From: an uncultured Verrucomicrobiae bacterium
Lineage (GTDB): Bacteria; Verrucomicrobiota; Verrucomicrobiia; Opitutales; JABDGR01
Direction of reading: 5' to 3'
Assembly: GCA_963765205.1 (NCBI GenBank)
Contig: CAVXVB010000005.1
Location: forward strand, 544,001 to 608,000
DNA: 64,000 nucleotides
Position numbers and translations under genes: made by a program. Numbering within the stretch: position 1 is the stretch's first letter; every line of letters begins with the position of its first letter. The notes under the pieces are model-generated. The model was not told the origin of the DNA. It did no database searches and was given only the letters and a program-made list of their open reading frames with translations. Positions 23,401 through 32,114 of the stretch are shown here, one piece after another.

Positions 23401-24847
23401 CCTGCAAGCCGATTTCGCGCAACTGCTCAAGCAACCCGTGCTGGCGAAATACAATAACCTCACCGCCGGCCAGTTGCAAATTGACGCCGCGCTCGACGCC
23501 GCCGGCGCGGTGAAATTCAACGGCGCCGTCTCCAATTGGACCATCCGCGACTCGCCCACCCAATCCACCAACCTGACCTTTGCCAACGCCACCGCCAAAT
23601 TCGACCAGGCCACTAACGCCGTGCAGTTGACCCTCCCCGTCAAAGGCGACAGCAAGCAAGGCCCGACGGATTGCACGCTGATCTTCACCCTCGACCCTTC
23701 CCCCGACCCCAAAGTCTTCAGTCACAAATTCAACCTGAACCTGACCGGCAACAACCTCGTCATTGACGATTTAATGGCCGTCAAAAATGGCCTGTTTCCT
23801 CCGCTGCCTGCTTCGGCTACGCCTGTGCCGGCTCCCGCGCCCGTGGCAAAAGGCCCGGCTCCGGCCCTTGCGCCGAAAGGCCCGGCCCCCGCGCCTGTCA
23901 CCGTTCCACCCACCGTGGCCGCGGACACGATTCCCCTTTGGGGCGACTGGCAGGGCGCGGCGAAAATCCAGCTCAAGGGCATTCGTTTCACGTCCTTCTC
24001 GATTACAAATTTCCAGGCCACTGCCCAAGTTTCACCCACCAAGGCGGAGATTCCTGGCGTGACCGGCATTTTTCAAGGCGCGCCCCTCTTGCTCAAAGCC
24101 GCGCTCGGTTTCAATCCTGCGCAAAAAAACACGCCCTACAGTTTGCAGACGGATTTGAGCTTCAAGAATTACGACGTGGGCGCGTATTTCAAAGCGCGCG
24201 ATCCCAACGCCACCCCGCCGGTCGAGGGCAATTTTTCCATCTCCGGCAATGCCTCCGGCGCGGGCGCGAACGTGGACGACTTGCTCGCCAAGCTGCAATT
24301 CGACCTGTCCCTGACCAGCAGCGGCGGCACCTTCCACCTGCTCGACCTCGTGGCGAACAAGATTGGCGTGTCCTCCGGCGCGCTCAAGACCGTCACCACC
24401 GTCGCGGGCAGCGTGCTCAGCCTTCTCGGCAAAAAAGACCCGACCGGCCTGACCTCCAGCGTCGGCTCGATTGGCACGCTCCTGATGAACCTCGACGCCA
24501 TTCAATACAACAAGCTGGTCGTTGAGGCCAAGCGGGCCGCGGATTTGAACATCAACTTCAGCCAGTTCGACGTGCAAAATTCGCAGGTTGAATTGACCGG
24601 CACCGGGAAGGTCACCTACACCAAAGGCCTCGCCATCCCCGACCAGCCGCTCCTGGCGAATCTCTCGCTCAATGGCAAGGCCGACATGGCCTCGATGCTG
24701 CAAAAAATCAACCTCGCGCATGGCAACGCGGCCTCCGGCTACACCCAAGGCCCGCAGTTCCAGGTCGCCGGCACCCTCCAGCACCCGGATTACAAATTCT
24801 TTTATAACATGCTCATCCAAGCCGCCACAGCGACCGGATTTAAGTGA
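20462..24847 (+). CDS. AsmA-like (repeating beta-groove) protein, 1461 aa
   Basis: N-terminal TM anchor, very long amphipathic beta-strand body, C-terminal LTGTGKV...FQVAGTLQHP typical of AsmA-like C-termini. Confidence 0.75.
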   Translation: MAKKSLIRWALIIFWLVGLLLIAGVGLAFNSGVQTNVARHFLLKTDPSAKLDRVSFGLSQGEVHGLEMTVAGYPLKVGSVTVQYSLGNLLFGHTKTIESATVKDTVFDLSQPPKKTSTAPPTPATPAAAGKSVPPSVLIMKAELAGSALLPGQRSVQVAFSIQNLGSGSAGHANGSVIFQDQSPGAKVTGMLADAQISLSLDDALMPPNVDLLATLTANLPGQTQPSKIQAHLSAKPVSAASGEFTLFLAPPEAGAMPLLTVNGDYGTAGSATGNFSANLSRAQIEPFALGFKLPDFSLQGQGQFAGDAAARTGSLKAALTGNARQLENVAPQLAGLGSVQIAASVDADVAPGNSSTHALAIAGKTLSVTLAPQEGAPAVALELLKPVTVEYGDKGLQMPPGAGADLARVTLAQVPAAWLAAFLPKEFSATGQGFNGQLTLSARDDGALVANTTQPLNVAGLDVQQNGTPLLANGSLALDFTAQYLAPAVSAQVRNFSFQAHAISAPGATLATASLAGTAVQAQFAGNVSVTPGAAVPEIAATGNFTVSVDVDNLDRQALGQNLPLLTPAGLLTLSSTFDVATATSATDPKSAVLVINSFQTTLTKGMGTVTQTYASINALQKITLPLAKDAALPAMSGNLATIEFNGFPLTVAQMFLPAGTKFSGNPLTGKILLAGEGGTDAGLVLHTLAPLTIEKARYSQNLDDKLANVTLAFTPEGSWQAGTITGNLHAQATSAAGVLVDAMINASQSQDALTVALTMNGQLAALAAQPLGAEWRDYLPSTQPAYAVSVNLTRTASALTLASAEAHVAPATGAPLADVKLDQPLTLQNNPSAKPDATGMAKYLWPSLKGDVLTMQLNSLPAGVLALALPGYRLQGREISGDLAVRGAGDGNYTLATNAPLAASGLTVTQVVDKNTTVPLVNDLTFTLKPAATFNQDGLSTGGVDDLKLTSANATLAQGNFSLTHINGQAWPRDAKISLQADFAQLLKQPVLAKYNNLTAGQLQIDAALDAAGAVKFNGAVSNWTIRDSPTQSTNLTFANATAKFDQATNAVQLTLPVKGDSKQGPTDCTLIFTLDPSPDPKVFSHKFNLNLTGNNLVIDDLMAVKNGLFPPLPASATPVPAPAPVAKGPAPALAPKGPAPAPVTVPPTVAADTIPLWGDWQGAAKIQLKGIRFTSFSITNFQATAQVSPTKAEIPGVTGIFQGAPLLLKAALGFNPAQKNTPYSLQTDLSFKNYDVGAYFKARDPNATPPVEGNFSISGNASGAGANVDDLLAKLQFDLSLTSSGGTFHLLDLVANKIGVSSGALKTVTTVAGSVLSLLGKKDPTGLTSSVGSIGTLLMNLDAIQYNKLVVEAKRAADLNINFSQFDVQNSQVELTGTGKVTYTKGLAIPDQPLLANLSLNGKADMASMLQKINLAHGNAASGYTQGPQFQVAGTLQHPDYKFFYNMLIQAATATGFK

Positions 24848-24865
24848 GGGGGGAGCGTCCAATTC

Positions 24866-24999
24866 AACCACGGATTACATGGATAGCACGGATGTAATCA
24901 CTTGAGTGATTATTGCTGCAAAAACCCATTCGCCCATCGGATTGGTGGTCAAAATTTCCCCTCCTCATGCTTATCTGTGCCATCCGTGTCATCCGTGGT
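24866..24999. repeat. Inverted pair of 9-mer tandem arrays
   Basis: ACCACGGAT-TACATGGAT-AGCACGGAT ... ATCTGTGCC-ATCCGTGTC-ATCCGTGGT. Confidence 0.8.
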
Positions 25000-25019
25000 C
25001 TCAACTTCGGGATTTAGTT

Positions 25020-25268
25020 TCATTTGCCAATTTCCGCCAGCGTGCCGAATTGGGTTTGGCCCGCCCGGTGTTTGTGGATGGCCCGCATCGCCGCCGGGTT
25101 GGCCAGGATTTCCAGCGTCTCCACGATGGCGCCCATCCGCTCGTGGCCGATGACGCAGGCCACGGGCGTCTCATGCCGGGTCACGGTCACGACCCGGCCC
25201 CCTTCCGCCGCCTTTACTATTGCGGAAAAATTGTTTTGTCCCTCGGAAACACTCACATTGGATTTCAT
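25020..25268 (-). CDS. Phd/YefM-family antitoxin
   Basis: VSVSEGQNNFSAIVK..E....VTVTRH..PVACVI...IVETLEILANP. Confidence 0.85.
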   Translation of the reverse strand: MKSNVSVSEGQNNFSAIVKAAEGGRVVTVTRHETPVACVIGHERMGAIVETLEILANPAAMRAIHKHRAGQTQFGTLAEIGK

Positions 25269-25524
25269 GAAAATAACAATAGATATATTCCGGCCGTTGG
25301 CAAGCCCCCGCCACTGCGGGGCCGGAAGCCGCTTGCATCCAACCCACCAAACCCATCCAACCCAACGCTGGCGTGGTTTCTCATTATCTATTATACTATG
25401 CGGCATGAACCTACACCACCGCCCGCTGACCCATCGCACCCACATTTATTTTCATTCCCCTCTACCCAAACGGAGTAAATCCGACTAATTCAACCCCAAA
25501 TCCATTTCAAGGGTCAAAAACGTA

Positions 25525-25563
<39 letters not shown>

Positions 25564-25670
25564 TGCGTCCCCGAACCCCAAAAAAAGATTGTGGTTCAGT
25601 ATGGCCCCCGGCCAGGTGCCATACGACCTCCCAACCTTGCTCCGAGATATTTCATCCCCCGCATCAATGA

Positions 25671-25710
25671 CAATCCAACAATCCAGCAATCGAACCATCC
25701 AGCCATAACC
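25671..25710. repeat. 8-mer tandem array abutting the purF stop
   Basis: CAATCCAA CAATCCAG CAATCGAA CCATCCAG CCATAACC. Confidence 0.7.
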
Positions 25711-25712
25711 CT

Positions 25713-27629
25713 TCAATACGCCCGTTTCTTTTTGTCCTCGAAGAAATTGATATACGAGCGGTTGAGGACGGCGAGGCCGCCGGCGGTCGGATAATGGCCG
25801 GTGAAATACCAGTCGCCGTCGTTCGTCGGCACGGCCAGGCGCAGGTCTTCGATGGTTTGAAAGAGGATTTGCACCTCGCCCGTCCACCCATTCGCGGGCG
25901 GGCGGACCAGTTCGGAGATTTTCGCGGAGATTTGCTCGGCCGTGAACAGGTCGTAGAGCCGGCGCACATGGTTGCGCAGCGAGCCCGCGGGCAGGCCGGC
26001 CTGGCGCACGCAATCCTGGTAGATTTCGCGCAAGAGTTCCTCAAGGCCGCGCTCCTTGCACAGCGCGATGGCCGCCTGAAAGGCGATGAACTTGCCGAGT
26101 TCCGACATGTCAATGCCGTAGCAATCCGGGTAGCGGATTTGCGGCGCGGTCGAGGCGATGACGATTTTCTTCGGCTTCGTGCGCGCCAGAATGCGCAGAA
26201 TGGACTGCTTCAGCGTGGTGCCGCGCACAATCGAATCGTCTATGCACACCAAGTTGTCCGTCGGCTGCACGATGCCGTAGGTGATGTCGTAGATGTGCGA
26301 GGCGAGCTGGATGCGGCTGTCCTCCTGCGAGATGAAGGTGCGCAGCTTGATGTCTTTGTGCGCGATTTTTTCGCCGCGCGGCCAGTTGTCGAGGATGAGC
26401 TGGTCCAGCAGCGCGGGCGTGAGGCGGTCGTCCTTCTGCGCGGCGAGGATGGCATCCTTGACTTCGATGCGGCGGCGCAGGCGCAGTTCGTCGAGCAGGC
26501 CGTAGTAGGCGATCTCGGCGGTGTTGGGGATGAACGAGAAAATCGTGTTGTGCAGGTCGTGGCCGATGGCGCGCAGGATCGAGTCGGACAGGCGCGCGCC
26601 GAGGGCCTTGCGCTCGCGGTAGATGTCCGCGTCGTTGCCGCGCGAGAAGTAGATGCGCTCGAACGAACAGCCATGGCGGTGCTTGGCCGGCTCCGCAAAA
26701 GGCGCGTGGATCACCTTGCCGTTGCTTTTCACCACCAGCGCGTGGCCGGGCGAAACCTCGCGCACGGCCTCATACTCGGCGCCGAAAATCGTCTGGAGCG
26801 CGACGCGTTCGCTGGCGACGGCGACGATTTCGTCCGTCTGCAAATAGTAGCCCGGCCGGATGCCGTGCGGGTCGCGCATGACGAAAGAGTCGCCGTTGCC
26901 GATGAGGCCGGCGATGGTGTAGCCACCGTCCCAGTCCTTGGCCGCAGTGCGGAGAATTTCGACGGGGTCGAGTTGCGCAGAGATGCGGTCGGGGATTTCT
27001 GCGCCCGGCACGCCCTGGTCGCGCAGCTCGCGGAAAATGCGGGTGTGCTCCTCGTCGAGCGAGTAGCCGATTTCCTCGAGGACGGTCTGCGTGTCGGTGT
27101 CGAAGATGGGGTGGACGCCGCGGTCAATGAGCTGCTGGTTGAGTTCGTCGGTGTTGGTGAGGTTGAAATTGCCGCAGATCATCAGGTTGCGGGTCTTCCA
27201 ACTGCTCTTGCGGAAATAGGGGTGGCAGGCGCCCTTGTCATAACTGCCCGAGGTGCCGTAGCGCAGGTGGCCGAGCAGCACCTCGCCGCCGAACTCGAAC
27301 TGGTCCTTCACGGTGAGCGGGAATTCCGGGAAGACGCTCCCCTTGCGCACCAGGTCGTTGTATTCCTTGAGCTGCTTCGAAAAAATGTACGTCAGCGCAT
27401 TGGCCCGCGTGTCGCGCTCGCGGAACATGAAGGCCCGGCCCGCCGGCATGTCGAGCTTCACGCAGCCGATGCCCGCGCCGTCCTGCCCGCGGTTGTGCTG
27501 CTTCTCCATCAGCAGGAAAAGCTGGTTGAAGCCGTAGAGCGGCGTCTTGTATTTCTCCGCGTAATAGCTGAGCGGCTTCAGCAGGCGGATGAGCGCCACA
27601 CCGCAATGATGCTGAATTGGGTCGCTCAT
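25713..27629 (-). CDS. purF: Amidophosphoribosyltransferase (long form)
   Basis: MSDPIQHHCG (Ntn Cys), NRGQDGAG, GHLRYGT, CSFERIYFSR, IDDSIVRGTT, PDCYGIDM. Confidence 0.95.
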   Translation of the reverse strand: MSDPIQHHCGVALIRLLKPLSYYAEKYKTPLYGFNQLFLLMEKQHNRGQDGAGIGCVKLDMPAGRAFMFRERDTRANALTYIFSKQLKEYNDLVRKGSVFPEFPLTVKDQFEFGGEVLLGHLRYGTSGSYDKGACHPYFRKSSWKTRNLMICGNFNLTNTDELNQQLIDRGVHPIFDTDTQTVLEEIGYSLDEEHTRIFRELRDQGVPGAEIPDRISAQLDPVEILRTAAKDWDGGYTIAGLIGNGDSFVMRDPHGIRPGYYLQTDEIVAVASERVALQTIFGAEYEAVREVSPGHALVVKSNGKVIHAPFAEPAKHRHGCSFERIYFSRGNDADIYRERKALGARLSDSILRAIGHDLHNTIFSFIPNTAEIAYYGLLDELRLRRRIEVKDAILAAQKDDRLTPALLDQLILDNWPRGEKIAHKDIKLRTFISQEDSRIQLASHIYDITYGIVQPTDNLVCIDDSIVRGTTLKQSILRILARTKPKKIVIASTAPQIRYPDCYGIDMSELGKFIAFQAAIALCKERGLEELLREIYQDCVRQAGLPAGSLRNHVRRLYDLFTAEQISAKISELVRPPANGWTGEVQILFQTIEDLRLAVPTNDGDWYFTGHYPTAGGLAVLNRSYINFFEDKKKRAY

Positions 27630-27636
27630 GGGAGGG

Positions 27637-29977
27637 TCAGGCCATCGCCTTCGGAATCGCTTCCGTCCACGTTTCGCGGAGCTTGCCGACGGGCCAGGTG
27701 ATGGTGAGGGTGCCATCACCCACCGGCGCGGCGGCGACAACTTTGAGAATCGCCTCGCCATGGCCTTCGCCGAGCAGCACCACCGGCACGCCCGCCGTTT
27801 CGGCGGCCTTGGGCAGCGCGCGGGCGTATTCGGGCTTCACGGCGAGAATGATGCGGCCCTGGCTTTCGCCGAACAGCAGCGCGTCGAGCCGATACTTGCG
27901 CCCGGCGGGCCGTCGCGGCGGCCGCGGCGGGGCGCAGATCCAAATCCGCGCCAAAAGTTTTGTGCGCCGCGAACAGCATCTCGCTGAGGGCGACGAGCAG
28001 GCCGCCTTCCGAAAGATCGTGCGCGGCCACCACGCGGCCGGTGCGGATTTGCGCGCGCACAAAGTTCTGCAATTTCTTTTCCGCCTCAAAATCCACCGCC
28101 GGCGCATCGCCGGTCTTGAAACCGTGGCGTACGCCGAGGTAATACGAGCCGCCCAATTCATGCGGCCAGCCGCCGAGCAGGAAGAGCGCTTCGTCGCCGG
28201 TCTTGAGCCGCGGAGTGGTAACGTGCTCAAGGCGGTCCACCACGCCGGCGATGGCGACGGTCGGCGTCGGGTCAATCGCGCCAGCGGGGCTTTCATTATA
28301 CAGGGAGACATTGCCGCCGACCACGGGCACATCGAACGCACGGCACGCCTCGGCCAGGCCAGCGACCGCTTCGCGCATCATGTAAAAATTCTCTGGTTTG
28401 TAGGGATTGCCAAAATTCAGGTTGTTGGTCATCCCGAGCGGATGCGCACCCGAGCAAGCCAGGTTGCGCAGGCATTCGACGACCGCGATCTGCCCGCCGC
28501 GCTGCGGGTTCAAGTAACAATAGCGGTTGTTGCAGTCGTTCGCGATGGCGAGCAGGCGCTCGCGCCCGCCGAGGCGCACGCGCACCACAGCAGCGTCCGC
28601 GCCAGGCAGCAGTACCGCGCCGGCCTGCACCATGTGGTCGTATTGCCGCCAGACCCAGCGCTTTTCCGCGAGGGTGGGATGTCCAAGCAGTTGCGGCAGC
28701 GCCTCGCGCGCGCCCGCCAAGTCGAGGTCGGCAAGGCCCGCCGCCTCGGGCGTCCAGGCGCGCGTCGCGGCGAGGTAGGCCGGCTCCTGTGCTTTGCGGT
28801 CGTAGAGCGGCGCTTCGTCGGTCAGCGCCTTCGCGGGGATTTGCACGACGGGCACGCCGTAATGGGTGACGAGCATGTCGCCCCCTTCGGTCACTTCGCC
28901 GATGCGCGCGGCGTGCAGATCCCATTTTTTGAAAATCGTCTCCAGCTCCGCCTCGCGCCCCTTTTGCACGATGACCAACATGCGCTCCTGGCTTTCCGAG
29001 AGCAGGATTTCGTAGGAATTCATGCCCGTCTCGCGCTGGGGGACTTTGTCCAGCTCGATGCGGATGCCGCAACCGCCGCGCGCGGCCGTTTCGCATGTCG
29101 AGCACGTCAGCCCCGCCGCGCCCATGTCCTGGATGCCGACGACGAGGCCGGGCACGGCCATCATTTCGAGGCAGGCCTCGAGCAAAAGTTTTTCCATGAA
29201 CGGGTCGCCCTTTTGGACGGCGGGGCGGTCGGCCGCGCTTTCGGCCGAAAGCTCGCGCGAGGCAAAGCTGGCGCCGCCGAGGCCGTCGCGCCCCGTGGCT
29301 GCGCCGACGTAATAGACCGGGTTGCCCGGGCCGCGCGCAGTGCCGCGCTTGATCTGGTCGTGCCGCAGCACGCCGAGGCAAAGGGCATTGACAAGCGGTT
29401 TGCCCTCGTAGCACGCGTCAAAATAAATATCACCGCCGACATTCGGGATGCCGATGCAGTTGCCGTAATGCGCGATGCCCGACACCACGCCGCGGAACAG
29501 GCGCTGGGCGGATTTCGACGACAATTCGCCGAAACGCAGCGAATTCGTCAGCAGCACGGGCCGCGCGCCCATGGTGAAAATGTCGCGGATGATGCCGCCG
29601 ACGCCGGTGGCCGCGCCCTCGAACGGCTCGACGGCGCTCGGGTGGTTGTGCGATTCGATCTTGAAACAGATCGCCCAGCCGTCGCCGAGGTCAATCACGC
29701 CCGCGTTTTCCTCACCGGCTTTGACGAGCACTTGGCCGGGCGCGTTCGGGTCAGCTTTCGCGGTGGGAAAATTCCGAAGGAGCTTGCGCGAATTTTTATA
29801 AGAACAATGTTCCGACCACGTCACGGAAAACACACCCAGCTCGGTCAACGCCGGCTCCCGGCCCAAAATGGTTTTGATGCGCTCGTATTCCTCCGGCAGC
29901 AGGTTGTGCTTGCGCACCAGCTCCGGCGTGATGGCCGCATCGAGCACCGGGTCGGGATTGGGCGGAAGCGAGGACAT
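27637..29977 (-). CDS. purL: Phosphoribosylformylglycinamidine synthase subunit PurL, frameshifted at about 27900-27935
   Basis: [36 protein letters not shown]; the C-terminal [10 protein letters not shown] lies in the overlapping frame. Confidence 0.95.
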
Positions 29978-29986
29978 GAAAAGAGC

Positions 29987-30091
29987 GGAATTGGGAATGA
30001 GGAATGAAAAAGAAAAACGGAAATCTCTTTGAGTTTAGGTCAGGCGCAATCAGGTTAAATGTTCAGCATTCAGCATTCAGAATTCAGAATT
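29987..30091. repeat. Loosely inverted pair of 7-mer arrays between purQ and purL
   Basis: GGAATTG GGAATGA GGAATGA ... TTCAGCA TTCAGCA TTCAGAA TTCAGAA. Confidence 0.75.
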
Positions 30092-30815
30092 ATGTCTCCA
30101 TCGGGATGGACAGCCCCACTTCCTCGACCACCGGCCGGCTGGCCAGGAAGGCCCGCAATATCGCCACACCGTCCACGCTGGGGTGGAAGCCCTCGACCGC
30201 GCGCTCCGGGTGCGGCATCATGCCGAAGACGTTGCCGAAGCGGTTGCGGATGCCCGCGATGTTCGAGACCGAGCCATTCGGATTGCCCGCCGCGTTGACC
30301 GCGCCCGTCTGGTCGGCGTAACGGAACAGGATTTGTTTGTGCGTGACGAGGTCGTCGAGGCCCGCCTCGTCAATGCGGTAGTTACCCTCGCCGTGCGCGA
30401 TGGGCACGCGCAACCGCGCGCCCAGCCGGCTGCGGTTGAACTGCTCAGTGGACTCCTCGACGTGGATGGTCTGCGTCACGCAGCGGAACTGGAGGCAGTC
30501 GTTGCGCACCAGCGCGCCGGGCAGCAGCCCCGCCTCGCAGAGGATTTGAAAACCATTGCAGATGCCGAAGACCAGCCCGCCGTTGGCCGCGTAGTCCTTG
30601 ACGGCCGCCATCACCGGCGAAAAGCGCGCGATGGCCCCGCAGCGCAGGTAGTCCCCATACGAAAATCCCCCCGGCAGCACCACGGCCTCGGCCTCCCCCA
30701 GGCTGGTTTCCTTGTGCCAGACGAACCGCGCGGGCACGTTGAGCACGGTGTCGAGCGCGTAGAGCGCATCGTAGTCGCAATTGGACCCGGGAAATTGAAT
30801 AATGGCGACGGACAT
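30090..30815 (-). CDS. purQ: FGAM synthase glutaminase subunit PurQ
   Basis: FPGSNCD, PGGFSYGDYLR, GICNGFQ, IAHGEG, MMPHPER. Confidence 0.97.
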   Translation of the reverse strand: MSVAIIQFPGSNCDYDALYALDTVLNVPARFVWHKETSLGEAEAVVLPGGFSYGDYLRCGAIARFSPVMAAVKDYAANGGLVFGICNGFQILCEAGLLPGALVRNDCLQFRCVTQTIHVEESTEQFNRSRLGARLRVPIAHGEGNYRIDEAGLDDLVTHKQILFRYADQTGAVNAAGNPNGSVSNIAGIRNRFGNVFGMMPHPERAVEGFHPSVDGVAILRAFLASRPVVEEVGLSIPMET

Positions 30816-31038
30816 GAGCGGCGGAACGGTCATTTATAGGGAGTTACAGCGGCGTGTCGAGCAGAAGAAATGCGGGGTGCGGGGAAAAGGGCGAAGGGGC
30901 AGAGGGGCAGAGGCCCTGAGACACTGAGGCACTGGGAAAGGGTACTGAGGCGACGGAGGGGGGGCTGCAAATTTACGGTTCTTTAGTTTGCCCTCCCGCA
31001 AATTACGCCTAATCATGCCACCCAGCCCATTCCACTCC

Positions 31039-31428
31039 ATGGATGATGATACACCCACAACCCAGCCCAAAGCCATCCGCCGGCTACAACGCCCGTTCGT
31101 GCTCGCGGGCCGCCTGTTCTTGCTCGGCCTGGCCTGGGGTCTCGCCATCAACGCCTCTTATCCGGGCACGCTGACTTTTCAGTTGTTGAGGATGTTTCCG
31201 CTCGGTCTGATATTCTACTTTGACCGGAATGCCGAGGCTTCCTCCACGCACCGGGTGGGTGCGACCCCCATTATCATTGCCATCTGGCTGGTTTACGCTG
31301 CGTTGACCTTGTATACACTGGTGACAAAGAAACTTTGGCGGTTCCTCATCGTGTTCGGCCTGCTCGTGGGACTGCTGTTGATGAATGTCGCCGGGTGCCA
31401 GGCCTTGCAACGCCTGGCGGATCCATAA
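31039..31428 (+). CDS. Small multi-TM membrane protein
   Basis: 3-4 hydrophobic segments. Confidence 0.55.
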   Translation: MDDDTPTTQPKAIRRLQRPFVLAGRLFLLGLAWGLAINASYPGTLTFQLLRMFPLGLIFYFDRNAEASSTHRVGATPIIIAIWLVYAALTLYTLVTKKLWRFLIVFGLLVGLLLMNVAGCQALQRLADP

Positions 31429-31459
31429 GGCACAAAGGTGCCGGAAGCGGCTCGACAAG

Positions 31460-31941
31460 CGTGCGGCCCTTATCTACCATAAGAGAGCCTGGGGTATATT
31501 GGCCTCTGCCGATTAGCGGGGACTATGATACCGACCATGCGTTTGATAATTACATCAGAGCATTTGAGTTTTTGGGCTATAAAAAATGCACTTCCTCCGC
31601 GCAAGAAAAAGGGTTTGAAAAGGTGGCGGTTTATAAAGACACTTTAGGGCGCTTTACTCATGTCGCCCGTCAGCTTAATTCCGGTTCATGGACGAGTAAA
31701 TTAGGGCAATGCGAAGACATTGAACACGCAACACTGGATGGAGTTGAGGGCGAAAAAAATCAACCCATTCACCGGCGAAATAGTTGGATACGGATTTGCA
31801 TCATATTTTCTAAAAAGGCCACTTTCCTCATGCCCACAACCCAACCAGCCAAAGAAATCGCTCTCGTTCCTGCGAAGGATTTTGGAAGCAATCTCAAAAA
31901 GATTCTCCAAACCACCAAGCAGCAATCCGACGAGCAGTTAG
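31460..31941 (+). pseudogene. 5'-truncated, frameshifted papain-fold-like (DUF7689-like) gene fragment
   Basis: YWP...AFEFLGYKKC...GFEKVAVY...THVARQLNSGSWTSKLGQCEDIEH; no start codon or N-terminal Cys motif; shortening A7 at about 31753 restores ...GEIVGYG; visibly AT-richer than flanks. Confidence 0.55.
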
Positions 31942-31994
31942 CCGCGTTTCAGGCTTCCAACAAGGCCAAGCGCGACGCGAAGAAGCAGCGGTAA
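31830..31994 (+). CDS. Small basic protein
   Basis: MPTTQPAKEIALVPAKDFGSNLKKILQTTKQQSDEQ...KAKRDAKKQR. Confidence 0.4.
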   Translation: MPTTQPAKEIALVPAKDFGSNLKKILQTTKQQSDEQLAAFQASNKAKRDAKKQR

Positions 31995-32114
31995 TCCTGA
32001 CCGCTGGCCGACTTAGGCGGTTACAGGCCTGTTGTTATAGGTATATTATTACCAAAATTTGGAAACGACCTTCATTGATGTGGTGCATTATTTCCGGCCG
32101 CTGTCTTTGATGCT

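Noticed and set aside
25794..30007. 635-aa and 796-aa ORFs on the + strand
   Set aside because: Antisense shadows of purF and purL
31335..31994. 219-aa ORF as one real gene
   Set aside because: It joins an off-frame start inside the upstream gene, a truncated domain and a separate small ORF through an A7 run
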